Shown one piece after another: positions 30,990 through 40,417 of a stretch of 64,000 nucleotides of DNA. The notes beneath the pieces were generated by a model. The model did not search any database. It saw only the letters and a program-made list of their open reading frames with translations, and was not told the DNA's origin. The number at the start of each line of letters is the position of its first letter. Positions within the stretch are counted from its first letter, which is position 1. This DNA comes from an uncultured Gemmatimonadales bacterium (GTDB taxonomy: Bacteria; Gemmatimonadota; Gemmatimonadetes; Gemmatimonadales; GWC2-71-9). The position numbers were made by a program, and so were the translations under genes. The stretch is from contig CAWCVB010000006.1 of NCBI GenBank assembly GCA_963798915.1, positions 384,001 to 448,000 of the forward strand, given 5' to 3'.

Positions 30990-31859
30990 TCAGGCGAGGA
31001 AGCTTTCGAGCGCCCGGGCGCGGCTCACATGCCGCAGCCGCGAGAGTGCTTTCTCCTTGATCTGTCGGACCCGCTCGCGGGTGATGCCAAGCATGCTGCC
31101 GATTTCTTCGAGCGTCATCGGCTCCGGGCTGTCGAGCCCGAAGTAGAGCCGGAGCACCTTGGCCTCGCGCTCCTTCAGGGTGGACAGCACTTCCTCGATG
31201 GACTCCGTGAGCGCGTGCTCAAACGTCTCGGAATCGGGCCCGGGGTTCTGGGTATCCGGCAGGTAATCGAGCAGCTTGTTGTCTTCGCCGGGCGTGAGCG
31301 GCGCATCCAGGGACAGGTGGTTCTGCGAAATGGAAAGCGTCTTTTCGACCTCGGCCATGGAGATGTCCATGCCCTCGGCGATTTCGGAGGCAGTCGGTTC
31401 CCGCCCCAGCTCCTGGAGCAGCGCCGAAGAGCGCCGGCCGATCCGGTGCAGCGTCCCCGCCCGGTTGAGCGGCACCCGGACGATCCGGCTCTGCTCAGCC
31501 AGGGCCTGCAGGATGGCCTGGCGGATCCACCACACGGCGTAGGAGATGAACTTGATGCCCTTCGTCTCATCAAACTTGTGCGCGGCCCGGATCAGGCCGA
31601 GGTTGCCCTCGTTGATCAGGTCGGAGAGTGAGACGCCCTGATTCTGGTACTTCTTCGCCACCGACACCACAAATCGCAGGTTGCTGCGCACCAGCTTGTC
31701 GAGGGCGTCCTCGTCACCCGTCCGGATGCACTGGGCGAGACGCACCTCCTCTGCCTGGTTGATCAGCGGATACCGGCTGATCTCGCGCAGGTATTGATCC
31801 AGTGAACTGTCGTCGAAGGAAGGCCCGTGCTTACCGCCGCCGACCTGCAAGGGACGCAT
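30990..31859 (-). CDS. RpoD/SigA-family sigma factor (short, no region 1.1)
   Basis: YLREI, NLRFVVSVAKKY, DLINEGNLGL, KFISYAVWWIRQ, TLEEIG, TRERVRQI. Confidence 0.93.
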   Translation of the reverse strand: MRPLQVGGGKHGPSFDDSSLDQYLREISRYPLINQAEEVRLAQCIRTGDEDALDKLVRSNLRFVVSVAKKYQNQGVSLSDLINEGNLGLIRAAHKFDETKGIKFISYAVWWIRQAILQALAEQSRIVRVPLNRAGTLHRIGRRSSALLQELGREPTASEIAEGMDISMAEVEKTLSISQNHLSLDAPLTPGEDNKLLDYLPDTQNPGPDSETFEHALTESIEEVLSTLKEREAKVLRLYFGLDSPEPMTLEEIGSMLGITRERVRQIKEKALSRLRHVSRARALESFLA

Positions 31860-31911
31860 GCGATGGTACCTCGTTACGCTGAAGCGGATACTGCCGGAAC
31901 CTTAGCTATCG

Positions 31912-33402
31912 TCAATCGTAATTGTCAATCTGTGCGCGCTGGAGGGTGCCCGAGAAGTCCACGTAGCAGACTTTGGTCTCGGAATAGAAGTCGTAGACCT
32001 CCCAGCCGCCTTCCCGGTGGCCATTCCCGGTCGCCTTGACGCCGCCGAACGGCAGGTGCGCCTCCGCGCCGATGGTCGGCGCATTGACGTAGGTAATGCC
32101 ATTGTCGAGGTCTTCCATGGCGCGAAATGCCCGATTCACGTCCGACGTGTAGATGGAGCTGGACAGGCCATAGGCCACGCCGTTGTTCACCTTGACCGCG
32201 TCCTCATACGAGTTGACGCGGATCACGCTCAGGACCGGTCCAAAGATCTCTTCCTGCTCAAGCCGCGTCCCGGGCCGCACGCCCACCACCACCGTCGGGC
32301 GGAAGAAGTAGCCGTTGCCAAGGCGGGCGCCGCCCGGACGCTTGCCGCCGGTCACAATGTCCAGGCCCTCTTCACGGGCAATGTCGATATAGCGCTCCAC
32401 CTTGCTACGCGCGTCCTCGTGGATCAGCGGGCCGACCTCGGTCCTGGCCTCGCGCCCATCGCCCAGCCGCAAGGCCTCGGCGGCCTCGGCCACCATCCGC
32501 ACGAACCGGTCATGCACCTTCCGGTGCACGATCAGCCGGCTGGTCGCCGTGCAGCGCTGCCCGGTGGTACCGAACGCGCCCCAGAGCACGCCGTCGAGCG
32601 CGAGGTCGAGATCGGCGTCCTCCATCACGATCATGGCGTTCTTGCCGCCCATTTCGAGCGAGAGCCGCTTGTGCATCCGGCCGCAGGTTTCCCCGATGAG
32701 CGCACCGGTCGCCGTGGATCCGGTAAAGGAGATGACGGGGACCTGGGGATGATCGACCAGGGCACGGCCGGCGGTTTCCCCCCGCCCATGCACCAATTGA
32801 ATCACCTCTGGCGGCAGGCCCGCCTCGAGGAGAATCTCCACCAGCAGATGGGTCGTGTGCGGGACGTCTTCCGACGGCTTGATGACCACCGCATTCCCGC
32901 ACAGCAGCGCCGGAAACATCTTCCAGGTCGGAATGGCCAGTGGAAAATTGAACGGCGTGATCAGCCCAACGACGCCGATCGGCCGGCGGTACGTCATGGC
33001 CCACTTCTGCCGGAGCTCACTCGGCACCACGTGGCCGAACAGTCGCCGGCCCTCCGTGGCAGCATAATACGCCGTGTCAATGCCTTCCTGCACGTCTCCC
33101 CGGGTCTCGGCGAGCACCTTCCCCATTTCGCGGGTCATGGCGTCGGCGATCTTCTCCTTGCGCGCCACCAGCAGGTCACCGACGCGACGCAGGACGTCGC
33201 CCCGCGCCGGCGCCGGAGTTCGCCGCCAGACCTCGAAGCCGCGTCGCGCCGAACGCACGGCCGCTTCGACGTCCGCCGCCGTCGAGTCAGGAAAGCGACC
33301 GATCAGATCGGCCGAATTGGCCGGATTCCGATTCTGGAACCAGTCGCCGCCGCGCGGTTCCACCCATTCACCGTTGATGAAATTCCTGAAGGTCTTGGCC
33401 AT
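31912..33402 (-). CDS. Aldehyde dehydrogenase
   Basis: [33 protein letters not shown]. Confidence 0.95.
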   Translation of the reverse strand: MAKTFRNFINGEWVEPRGGDWFQNRNPANSADLIGRFPDSTAADVEAAVRSARRGFEVWRRTPAPARGDVLRRVGDLLVARKEKIADAMTREMGKVLAETRGDVQEGIDTAYYAATEGRRLFGHVVPSELRQKWAMTYRRPIGVVGLITPFNFPLAIPTWKMFPALLCGNAVVIKPSEDVPHTTHLLVEILLEAGLPPEVIQLVHGRGETAGRALVDHPQVPVISFTGSTATGALIGETCGRMHKRLSLEMGGKNAMIVMEDADLDLALDGVLWGAFGTTGQRCTATSRLIVHRKVHDRFVRMVAEAAEALRLGDGREARTEVGPLIHEDARSKVERYIDIAREEGLDIVTGGKRPGGARLGNGYFFRPTVVVGVRPGTRLEQEEIFGPVLSVIRVNSYEDAVKVNNGVAYGLSSSIYTSDVNRAFRAMEDLDNGITYVNAPTIGAEAHLPFGGVKATGNGHREGGWEVYDFYSETKVCYVDFSGTLQRAQIDNYD

Positions 33403-33508
33403 TGCGCTGAGAGTTTCGGGTTGGAGTTCCGGATGGTGGTTCCGGTCCAGTCGTGCAGCGGCAGGAGAGGCTGGCGACCAGTTACTCTAAACCTCATTCA
33501 CCCAACTC

Positions 33509-34102
33509 TCAACCACCGGGTGCGGTCGCGGCGGGCTCGGGCGGCGTTTGTGCCGGCGTCGCGCGCCGTGCCGGCGCTTGTGCCGGCGTTTGTGCTGGCG
33601 GTTGTGCTGGCGGTTGTGCCGGCGACTGCGTCGGCGTTTGCGTCGGAGGCGGCGACGCAGGGCACATCCAGGTTGCGCTGTTCCGGGCGTAGCCGATGCG
33701 CGGCAGCACCGCGTCCGCCGCCAGCACCAGACCCCAGATCATCATGGCGATCGCAAGCGCATGGGCGCGTCCCAGTCGAGTTCGCCAGCTGGACCGTGCC
33801 CCGAGCAGGGTGCAGATGAGCAGGACTGCCACCACGGCGAGATAGCCGAACAGGCCCGCGCCGCAACTTGACGCATAGGGCCAGAGCGGGAGTACCACCG
33901 ACAAGGCGAGCCCCAGCAGGATCCAAAGCCAGGTTGCGGCCCGATCCCGCCGGCGCGTGACAGGCGCGGGCGCGACAGGCGCGCCGGCCGCGGCGGAGGT
34001 GCGCGATCCCGCCGTCGGTTGCGCCGGCTGCGCCGGCATTTTCGCGATGGCCCGATCGATCTCGGCGAGTTCCCGGTCCCAGTTCCTCGGCTGGTCTGTC
34101 AT
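33509..34102 (-). CDS. Hypothetical membrane protein with Pro/Ala/Gln-rich tail
   Basis: Three hydrophobic segments, ATGA overlap with the upstream regulator. Confidence 0.75.
   Translation of the reverse strand: MTDQPRNWDRELAEIDRAIAKMPAQPAQPTAGSRTSAAAGAPVAPAPVTRRRDRAATWLWILLGLALSVVLPLWPYASSCGAGLFGYLAVVAVLLICTLLGARSSWRTRLGRAHALAIAMMIWGLVLAADAVLPRIGYARNSATWMCPASPPPTQTPTQSPAQPPAQPPAQTPAQAPARRATPAQTPPEPAATAPGG
33546..33648. repeat. Degenerate 12-nt tandem repeat encoding PxQx tetrapeptides
   Basis: GTTTGTGCTGGC/GGTTGTGCTGGC/GGTTGTGCCGGC-type units. Confidence 0.6.
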
Positions 34103-35466
34103 GGATTCTCCCGTCGGAGCCCGTAGCGCTCGATCTTCTTGTACAGGTTGGAGCGCGGCATCTTCAGTTCCCGGGCCGTTTCACTCACGTTCCAGTCATG
34201 GTCGCGCAGTTGCTGCACCAGGAAATTCCGTTCCGCTTCCTGCTTGAAGCGCTCGAACGTCTGCGCGCCGCCAGCGTCGGCAGCCCCGGCCCCGGCCAGC
34301 TCGTCCCCAGGCAGGATCCGGTCGACGTCTGCGGCCGTGACCTCGCGACCCGGAGAAAGAATCAGCAACCGCTCGACCGCGTTGCGCAGTTCGCGCACGT
34401 TGCCAGGCCACGAGCGGCGCTGGAGCCGTTGGACCGCTTCTGCTTCGAAGTCGCGGGCCGTGGCGCCGGTGCCGGCGGCGATCTGACTGATGAAATGCGC
34501 GACGAGGTCGGGAATGTCGCTCCGCCGCTCGTCAAGCGGAGGTACGTGAATCTCCACCACATTGAGCCGATAGAGCAGGTCCTCCCGAAAACGCCCTTCG
34601 CTGATTTCGTCCGAAAGATCCTTGTTGGTCGCCGCCAGGACACGCACGTCGACCTGGATGGCCTTGGAGCCGCCAATGCGGGTGACCACGCCCTCCTGCA
34701 GCACGCGCAGCAGCTTTGCCTGGGCCGCCAGCGACATGTCGCCAACTTCGTCGAGGAAGAGCGTGCCGCCGTCGGCCTGCTCGAACTTGCCGGCACGATC
34801 GGCAAAGGCGCCGGTGAAGGACCCCTTCATGTGGCCGAAGAGCTCGCTCTCGATGAGTTCGGACGGAATGGCGGCGCAGTTGACCTCCACGAAGGGGCGA
34901 GACCGCCTTGGCGACCCCTCATGGAGCGCCCGCGCGACCAGCTCCTTGCCCGTGCCGTTGTCACCTGTGATGAGCACCCGCGCGTTGGTGGGTCCGACGC
35001 GCTGGATCATGTCACGGGTGGTCTCGAGGGCCGAGCTCGATCCGATCATGGCGTAGCGCCGTCCGACGGCCTCCCGCAGGCGGAGGTTTTCTCCAACCAG
35101 TTCCGCGTGCTCGATGGCTTTCCGCACCGTCACCAGCAGGCGGTCGGAGTCCAGTGGCTTCTCCAGGAAGTCGAATGCGCCGCGCCGGGTGGCCTCGACG
35201 GCCGTGGCCACGGTACCGTGCCCCGATATCATGACAACGACGGCCGACGGATCAAGGTCACGCAGGCGATTCAGCGTCTCGAGCCCGTCCAGGCCCGCCA
35301 TCTTGACATCGAGAAACACCACGTGGGGCCGGAAATCCGGATACAACGTGATCCCCTCGCCGCCGGACGCCGCCGGCCGCACTTCCATGCCCTCATACTC
35401 GAGCACCTGTTTCACGGCTTGGCGAATGCCCGGCTCGTCATCCACAATCAAGACGCGATGGCTCAT
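34099..35466 (-). CDS. Sigma54-dependent response regulator (NtrX/NtrC-like)
   Basis: Receiver (VDDE, LDVKM, KP), GDNGTGKE, GSFTGA, FLDE, WPGNVREL, Fis HTH. Confidence 0.93.
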   Translation of the reverse strand: MSHRVLIVDDEPGIRQAVKQVLEYEGMEVRPAASGGEGITLYPDFRPHVVFLDVKMAGLDGLETLNRLRDLDPSAVVVMISGHGTVATAVEATRRGAFDFLEKPLDSDRLLVTVRKAIEHAELVGENLRLREAVGRRYAMIGSSSALETTRDMIQRVGPTNARVLITGDNGTGKELVARALHEGSPRRSRPFVEVNCAAIPSELIESELFGHMKGSFTGAFADRAGKFEQADGGTLFLDEVGDMSLAAQAKLLRVLQEGVVTRIGGSKAIQVDVRVLAATNKDLSDEISEGRFREDLLYRLNVVEIHVPPLDERRSDIPDLVAHFISQIAAGTGATARDFEAEAVQRLQRRSWPGNVRELRNAVERLLILSPGREVTAADVDRILPGDELAGAGAADAGGAQTFERFKQEAERNFLVQQLRDHDWNVSETARELKMPRSNLYKKIERYGLRRENP

Positions 35467-36107
35467 GGAGCCCCCGAATAGAATGTCACGCCGTCCCCAT
35501 GCACTGCGACCGCTCGCACCTGGCGAGGCAATGGAACCGGCACGGCGCGGGAGGTGTCGCCGCTGACCTTTTCCATCATTCGCGGGATGAGTTCGGACGG
35601 CAATGGAAAGTCGCGCAGGCTCAACGCCGTGATGCGCCAGTGTCCCCGGCCCGGTGCATCAACGGATAGCGGGCCGTCGGCAGTCATGGGTTCGTAGTCG
35701 CGCGCGGCCAGTCCGAGCGGACCCAGCAGACCCGCCGGCAGGCGCGCGGTGTTGGCCAGCGCCCGTACCCGGATGGTGCCCTCGGCCAGGCGCACGCTGA
35801 TGGAGTCGAAGGTTCCTCGCATGTACGGGCCCAGGGCCTCCCCGAGCAGCGAAGCCGCCTCATCGGCGGACAAGATGACCGAGTCGCGTCCGGACGCCAG
35901 CGCAGCCAGCTTGCGGTGCCCGGCAGCGAGCGCGGACCCGGTTGGATGTCCCACCTGCGCGACTGGCGCAGCACCATGGCGCGCGCGACGCCACACCTGC
36001 CTGCTCCAGTCATCCAGACGATCGCGATACAGCCAGGCGCCAAGAAGGAGGATGATGAGCGTGAGGCAACCGAACAGGCGGAATGGCGCGAGCAGGCAAC
36101 CCTTCAT
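35463..36107 (-). CDS. Hypothetical membrane-anchored protein
   Basis: N-terminal TM, ATGA-coupled on both sides. Confidence 0.75.
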   Translation of the reverse strand: MKGCLLAPFRLFGCLTLIILLLGAWLYRDRLDDWSRQVWRRARHGAAPVAQVGHPTGSALAAGHRKLAALASGRDSVILSADEAASLLGEALGPYMRGTFDSISVRLAEGTIRVRALANTARLPAGLLGPLGLAARDYEPMTADGPLSVDAPGRGHWRITALSLRDFPLPSELIPRMMEKVSGDTSRAVPVPLPRQVRAVAVHGDGVTFYSGAP

Positions 36108-36658
36108 GCGCCGAGCTCTTCCGTGAGGCGGGCGATGTAGCGAGGACCCGCCGGGGTGAGCTCACTTTCGTAGAGCTTGGCCTGGTTCACCAGGAATGAT
36201 TCGCCAGCAGGCAACGGCAGGCCGCGCTCGAGGGCGCCGGCCGGCAGGCGCTGACCGTCGCGCATTCGGCCGAGTGTTACATGCGGCCGGAAAGGCACGC
36301 CTTCCGGCGCGAATCCGATGGATTCCGAGGCGCGCTCCACACGGTCCTTCAGCAACTCGAGCGCCGGCGGTGCGTCCAGCCCCAGCCAGAGAACCTTGGG
36401 CCGGCGAGCGTCGGGAAAGACGCCGACCTGCGTAAAGTGCATGGCCATCGAACTGGAATCGCGCAGCGCCCGTTGCACCGCTTCCGCGATGACGTCGAGG
36501 CGTTCGGGAAGGACCTCACCATAGAACTTGAGGGTGAGGTGCGCCCACCCTTCCTGGACCCAGCGCACCGGCCAGCCGTTGGCGCGCAATGCCCGCAGCA
36601 CCGTGGCGAACTCGGCCTGGGCCGGGGGCGGCAACGGCAAGGCAGCGAAGAGTCGCAT
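36104..36658 (-). CDS. thpR: RNA 2',3'-cyclic phosphodiesterase
   Basis: MRLFAAL and two HxT motifs (HLTLKF, PHVTLGR). Confidence 0.93.
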   Translation of the reverse strand: MRLFAALPLPPPAQAEFATVLRALRANGWPVRWVQEGWAHLTLKFYGEVLPERLDVIAEAVQRALRDSSSMAMHFTQVGVFPDARRPKVLWLGLDAPPALELLKDRVERASESIGFAPEGVPFRPHVTLGRMRDGQRLPAGALERGLPLPAGESFLVNQAKLYESELTPAGPRYIARLTEELGA

Positions 36659-36660
36659 CG

Positions 36661-37464
36661 TCAGCCTGCATCCACGATGGCTAGCAGCGCTCCCCGGCGA
36701 TACCCTTGCTCGTCAAGTTCGACCGACGCAAAGCCGGCATTGAGAATTGCCGCGCGCACAGCAGGCCAGGCGGCGCGCAACCGTGGCAGCTGGTCGGTGT
36801 CGACTTCAACCCGGGCGACCGATTCGAGATGTCGAACCCGGATGTTCCCCTCCAGTCCTGCCGCGCGGACCGCGGCCTCGGCTTGCTCCACCTGATGCAA
36901 TCGCTCGGTGGTCACTTCAATTCCGTAGCCGACCCGGCTGGCGAGGCAGGGGGCCGCTGGCGCATTCCAGCTGGGGATCCCCAGCTGCCGGCCGGCCTCG
37001 CGCACCTGCGCCTTGGTCCAACCCAGCTCCGCGAGCGGGGAATGCACAGTCCACTCCTGCGCCGCGCGGAGTCCGGGCCGGTGTTCCCGAGTGTCGTCAG
37101 CATTCGTGCCATCCAGAATGGAGGTGAACCCGCGCTCTGCGGCCAGCGCGGTCAATGCGGACCACAGCTCGTGCTTGCAGTAATAACAGCGGTCAGGAGC
37201 ATTGGCGCGATACCGCGCGTCCTCCAACTCGCGGGTGTCGAGCTCGAGCAGCGGTATGTCGAATTGCCGGGCGAGCCGCACGGCCTGAGCATACTGCACC
37301 GCAGGATAGGACGCACTTCGGCCGATCACCGCCAGGAAGCGGGCACGGTCCAGCGCACGGCGCCCAGCAACCGCAAGCAAGGCGCTGTCCACGCCACCGG
37401 AATACCCCAGAATCGCATTGTCCAGTGCTGTCAGCCACTGGTACAGTGACGCAAGGTCAGGCAT
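36661..37464 (-). CDS. larE: LarE-family ATP-dependent sulfur transferase
   Basis: SGGVDS PP-loop, RCYYCK, DGTNADD, RPG, PCLASR, RVRH. Confidence 0.9.
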   Translation of the reverse strand: MPDLASLYQWLTALDNAILGYSGGVDSALLAVAGRRALDRARFLAVIGRSASYPAVQYAQAVRLARQFDIPLLELDTRELEDARYRANAPDRCYYCKHELWSALTALAAERGFTSILDGTNADDTREHRPGLRAAQEWTVHSPLAELGWTKAQVREAGRQLGIPSWNAPAAPCLASRVGYGIEVTTERLHQVEQAEAAVRAAGLEGNIRVRHLESVARVEVDTDQLPRLRAAWPAVRAAILNAGFASVELDEQGYRRGALLAIVDAG

Positions 37465-37545
37465 GCCGAAAGGTATCACGCCATCGGCCTGGGCACACCC
37501 GGGGCGGAGATTGCCAAAGTGACCCGATCCACCCTAGCCTACAGG
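37465..37545. promoter_or_regulatory. Divergent promoters, both probably leaderless
   Basis: Plus strand TTGCCA-N18-TAGCCT-N5-ATG (arfB). Minus strand TACCTT-N5-ATG (larE). Confidence 0.5.
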
Positions 37546-37980
37546 ATGATCCCGCGTTCAATCGATGTGACGGAGCTGCTCTCCATCCCGATCTCGGAAC
37601 TGGAATTTCGTGCGACTCCCGCAGGCGGTCCCGGGGGACAGCACGTGAACCGTTCCTCCACCCGGATCGAACTCTGGTGGGATATGGCGACGTCGTCGAG
37701 CCTGACCGACGAACAGCGAAGTGTGCTGCGGGACCGCCTGGCATCGCGGCTGGTCGACGGCGGCCGGCTTCGGATCGTGGCCGCGGCTCGGCGCAGCCAA
37801 CTGCAGAACCGGCAGGAAGCGCTCGCACGTTTCGTCAAGCTCCTCAAATCGGCGCTGCAGGTCCGGAAGGCGCGCAAGCAGACCCGCGTTCCGCGCGCCG
37901 TCCGGGAGGCGCGCCTCGAAGCGAAGCGGAGACGAGCTGCGCTCAAGTCATCGCGCCGCCCGGTCGGCACGGACGAATAG
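37546..37980 (+). CDS. arfB: Alternative ribosome rescue peptidyl-tRNA hydrolase
   Basis: GPGGQHVN, RSQLQNR, basic C-terminal tail. Confidence 0.95.
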   Translation: MIPRSIDVTELLSIPISELEFRATPAGGPGGQHVNRSSTRIELWWDMATSSSLTDEQRSVLRDRLASRLVDGGRLRIVAAARRSQLQNRQEALARFVKLLKSALQVRKARKQTRVPRAVREARLEAKRRRAALKSSRRPVGTDE

Positions 37981-37984
37981 CGTC

Positions 37985-38980
37985 GTGGAGTTCCGGACTG
38001 TCTCCCCAGCGTCACCTGACGCGGAAGCCATCGAGATGGCCGCCGCGATCATTCGGGGTGGCGGCCTGGTTGCCTTCCCCACCGAGACAGTCTATGGCCT
38101 CGGGGCAAATGCACTCGATCCCGAAGCGGTGCGGAGGATCTTTACGGCGAAAGGCCGGCCCGACAACAACCCCCTGATTGTGCACGTGCCCGACGCGCTC
38201 GTGGCACGGGAACTGGTCGCCGTGTGGCCCCGGCAAGCCGAGATCCTCGCGGAACGATTCTGGCCCGGGCCCCTGACTCTGGTCCTTCCCAAGCAGCCCA
38301 CGGTGCCCGACCTCGTGACGGCAGGTCTTCCGGCCATCGCCGTCCGGGTGCCATCACACCCCGTGGCGCTGGCTCTGCTCCGCGCCGCCGCACTGCCCAT
38401 TGCGGCCCCCAGCGCCAACCGCTTCACCGAGCTCTCGCCCACCACCGCCGAGCATGTCGTCCGCTCCATGGGAAACCGGGTGGACATGATCCTTGACGGC
38501 GGTCCCACCACCGTCGGCATCGAGAGCACGGTCCTCGACCTGACCGGCCCCGTCCCACGGCTGCTCCGCCCTGGCATGGTCACGGTGGCCGAATTGGAGC
38601 AGGCCGTAGGCGTGGTAGCGCCACCGCCCGTGGTCACCAGCTCGGCACCGCACCTGTCACCCGGCATGCATGAACGGCACTACGCCCCGCGCGCGCCGCT
38701 CGTGCTGGTGACGCCTGCTGACGTGGAGCGCGAGGCCGCTCGCGCCGGCGGGATGGCGGTGGGCGCGCTAGTCCTGGGCGACCTGCTCTGGCCAGTTCAG
38801 CATCCCATGCGGATGCCGCGCGATCCGGTCTCGTATGCCAGCCGGCTCTACGCCGCGCTCCATGCCCTCGACGACCTTGGATGTCACCTCATTCTGGTGG
38901 AGCGTCCGCCTGATACTGCGCCCTGGCTGGGCGTGCACGACCGGCTGCAGCGGGCTTCGGCCCCGCCGGAGACCGCCTGA
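37985..38980 (+). CDS. tsaC: L-threonylcarbamoyladenylate synthase (Sua5 type)
   Basis: FPTETVYGL, KGRPDNNPLI, APSAN, SPGM..HYAP linker and SUA5 domain. Confidence 0.95.
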   Translation: MEFRTVSPASPDAEAIEMAAAIIRGGGLVAFPTETVYGLGANALDPEAVRRIFTAKGRPDNNPLIVHVPDALVARELVAVWPRQAEILAERFWPGPLTLVLPKQPTVPDLVTAGLPAIAVRVPSHPVALALLRAAALPIAAPSANRFTELSPTTAEHVVRSMGNRVDMILDGGPTTVGIESTVLDLTGPVPRLLRPGMVTVAELEQAVGVVAPPPVVTSSAPHLSPGMHERHYAPRAPLVLVTPADVEREAARAGGMAVGALVLGDLLWPVQHPMRMPRDPVSYASRLYAALHALDDLGCHLILVERPPDTAPWLGVHDRLQRASAPPETA

Positions 38981-39162
38981 GCACGTACCAATCTGGGCAC
39001 CGATCTGAAGCCTCCAGGCGGCGCCAGACCATCCGACTGGCAACCGATTCCCACCCGTCTAAGTTGAAGAGTGCGGGAGTGCCCATGCAGCGTTCTCGCC
39101 GTTCCGAACTGGCCGGCCCCGACGCCAGGCACGCAGGGCCGCCGCTACGTACGGAGGCAGCG

Positions 39163-40371
39163 ATGCCGACCACTCTGCTCGATTCCTTTCATCGTCTCCT
39201 GACACCTGAGCGACTTGGCTCCCTGGCTGGCCGCCTGAATGAGCCGGAGTCTGATCTTTCGCGCAGCTTGACGGCCGCGGCAGGCTCGATCCTCCTTGGA
39301 ATGCTGAGCAGGGCCGAGAATCGCGTCGCCATGCGCGAACTTCGCCGCCTGACATCCGAGACGCCGGAGGAGGCCTGGTCGAGTGACGAATCGCTTGGTC
39401 GGCTCCTGATCGGAAGAACATCCGCGTTGACGGCGGCCGCGAACCCATTCTTGTCACTGGCCCTCGGTGACAAGCTGCCGGCGACAGCCGACGCGGTTGG
39501 ACGAAGCAGTGGAATCAAGGCGGGCAGCGCCTTGGCCGTGCTGACGCTGGTCGGCCCGGTCATGCTGGGTCTGGTGGCCCGGCGCGCGCACATGGACCAT
39601 CTGCACGCGGATGATCTGGGCCCATTACTGCTTGGCGAATCCGATTCCATTCAACGTGCCGCACCAGCGGACTTGCCCGGATCGCTGGCCATGCCGGGAA
39701 CTGCACCGGCGCCTGGCGCACGGCGGACCACAGTGACCAGCGGAGATCACGAGTACCCCGGATCAGGCTGGCTATGGCTCGCCGTTGCGGCGGCGGTCAT
39801 TCTGGGGATGGTGTGGTTCGCGTCGCGGGCAGGGAGTCATGGCGAGGGCGCCACGGCTCTGCATCAGGCGGCTCGGCCGCCCGCTGACAGCGGAGACGTC
39901 CTGGCCTACTCGCCCAGAGCGGCGCCCATTGTCCTGCCCGACGGGACAACACTACCGGCCTCGGGCGGCACCCTCGAGCGTCAACTGCTTTCCACGATCC
40001 AGGATTCGGCAGTGACCGCAGCTCCGGGGGCATGGTTTGAATTTGACCGGGTGGCTTTCGAACCTGCTTCCGCCACGTTCGTACCCGAGGCAGAGCCGCA
40101 GCTGCGCAACGTGGCTGCGATCCTCGCCTCATATCCGAACGTGACCGCGGTGATCAGCGGCGGTGGAGACAGCGCGACAGCGGGCGCCTCCGGGCTGGCG
40201 CGTCGGCGGGCCGAGAGCGTGGTCAATCAACTGGTGGCGATGGGGGTGAGCCGCTCGCGTCTGAAGGTCGACGCCAGCACGGCGGCGAGCCCCGCGACCC
40301 AGGGCGGTCCTGCGGCGGATTCCGCTGGCCTGCACGGAGCCCCGCTGGCGATTCGTATTCTGCTGGAGTAA
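39163..40371 (+). CDS. DUF937 + TM + OmpA-like domain protein
   Basis: Helical N-domain, single TM, WFEFDRVAF, RRRAESVVNQLVAMGV. RBS GGAGG. Confidence 0.8.
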   Translation: MPTTLLDSFHRLLTPERLGSLAGRLNEPESDLSRSLTAAAGSILLGMLSRAENRVAMRELRRLTSETPEEAWSSDESLGRLLIGRTSALTAAANPFLSLALGDKLPATADAVGRSSGIKAGSALAVLTLVGPVMLGLVARRAHMDHLHADDLGPLLLGESDSIQRAAPADLPGSLAMPGTAPAPGARRTTVTSGDHEYPGSGWLWLAVAAAVILGMVWFASRAGSHGEGATALHQAARPPADSGDVLAYSPRAAPIVLPDGTTLPASGGTLERQLLSTIQDSAVTAAPGAWFEFDRVAFEPASATFVPEAEPQLRNVAAILASYPNVTAVISGGGDSATAGASGLARRRAESVVNQLVAMGVSRSRLKVDASTAASPATQGGPAADSAGLHGAPLAIRILLE

Positions 40372-40417
40372 GTCGGGGCGCGGATGAGACGACGTGAAGC
40401 CGCTCGCGACGCACCGC

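Noticed and set aside
30075..31631. 518-aa plus-strand ORF
   Set aside because: Antisense to the spoIID-like gene, yajQ and the sigma factor
32017..33819. 600-aa plus-strand ORF
   Set aside because: Antisense shadow of the aldehyde dehydrogenase with no motifs, typical of high-GC DNA
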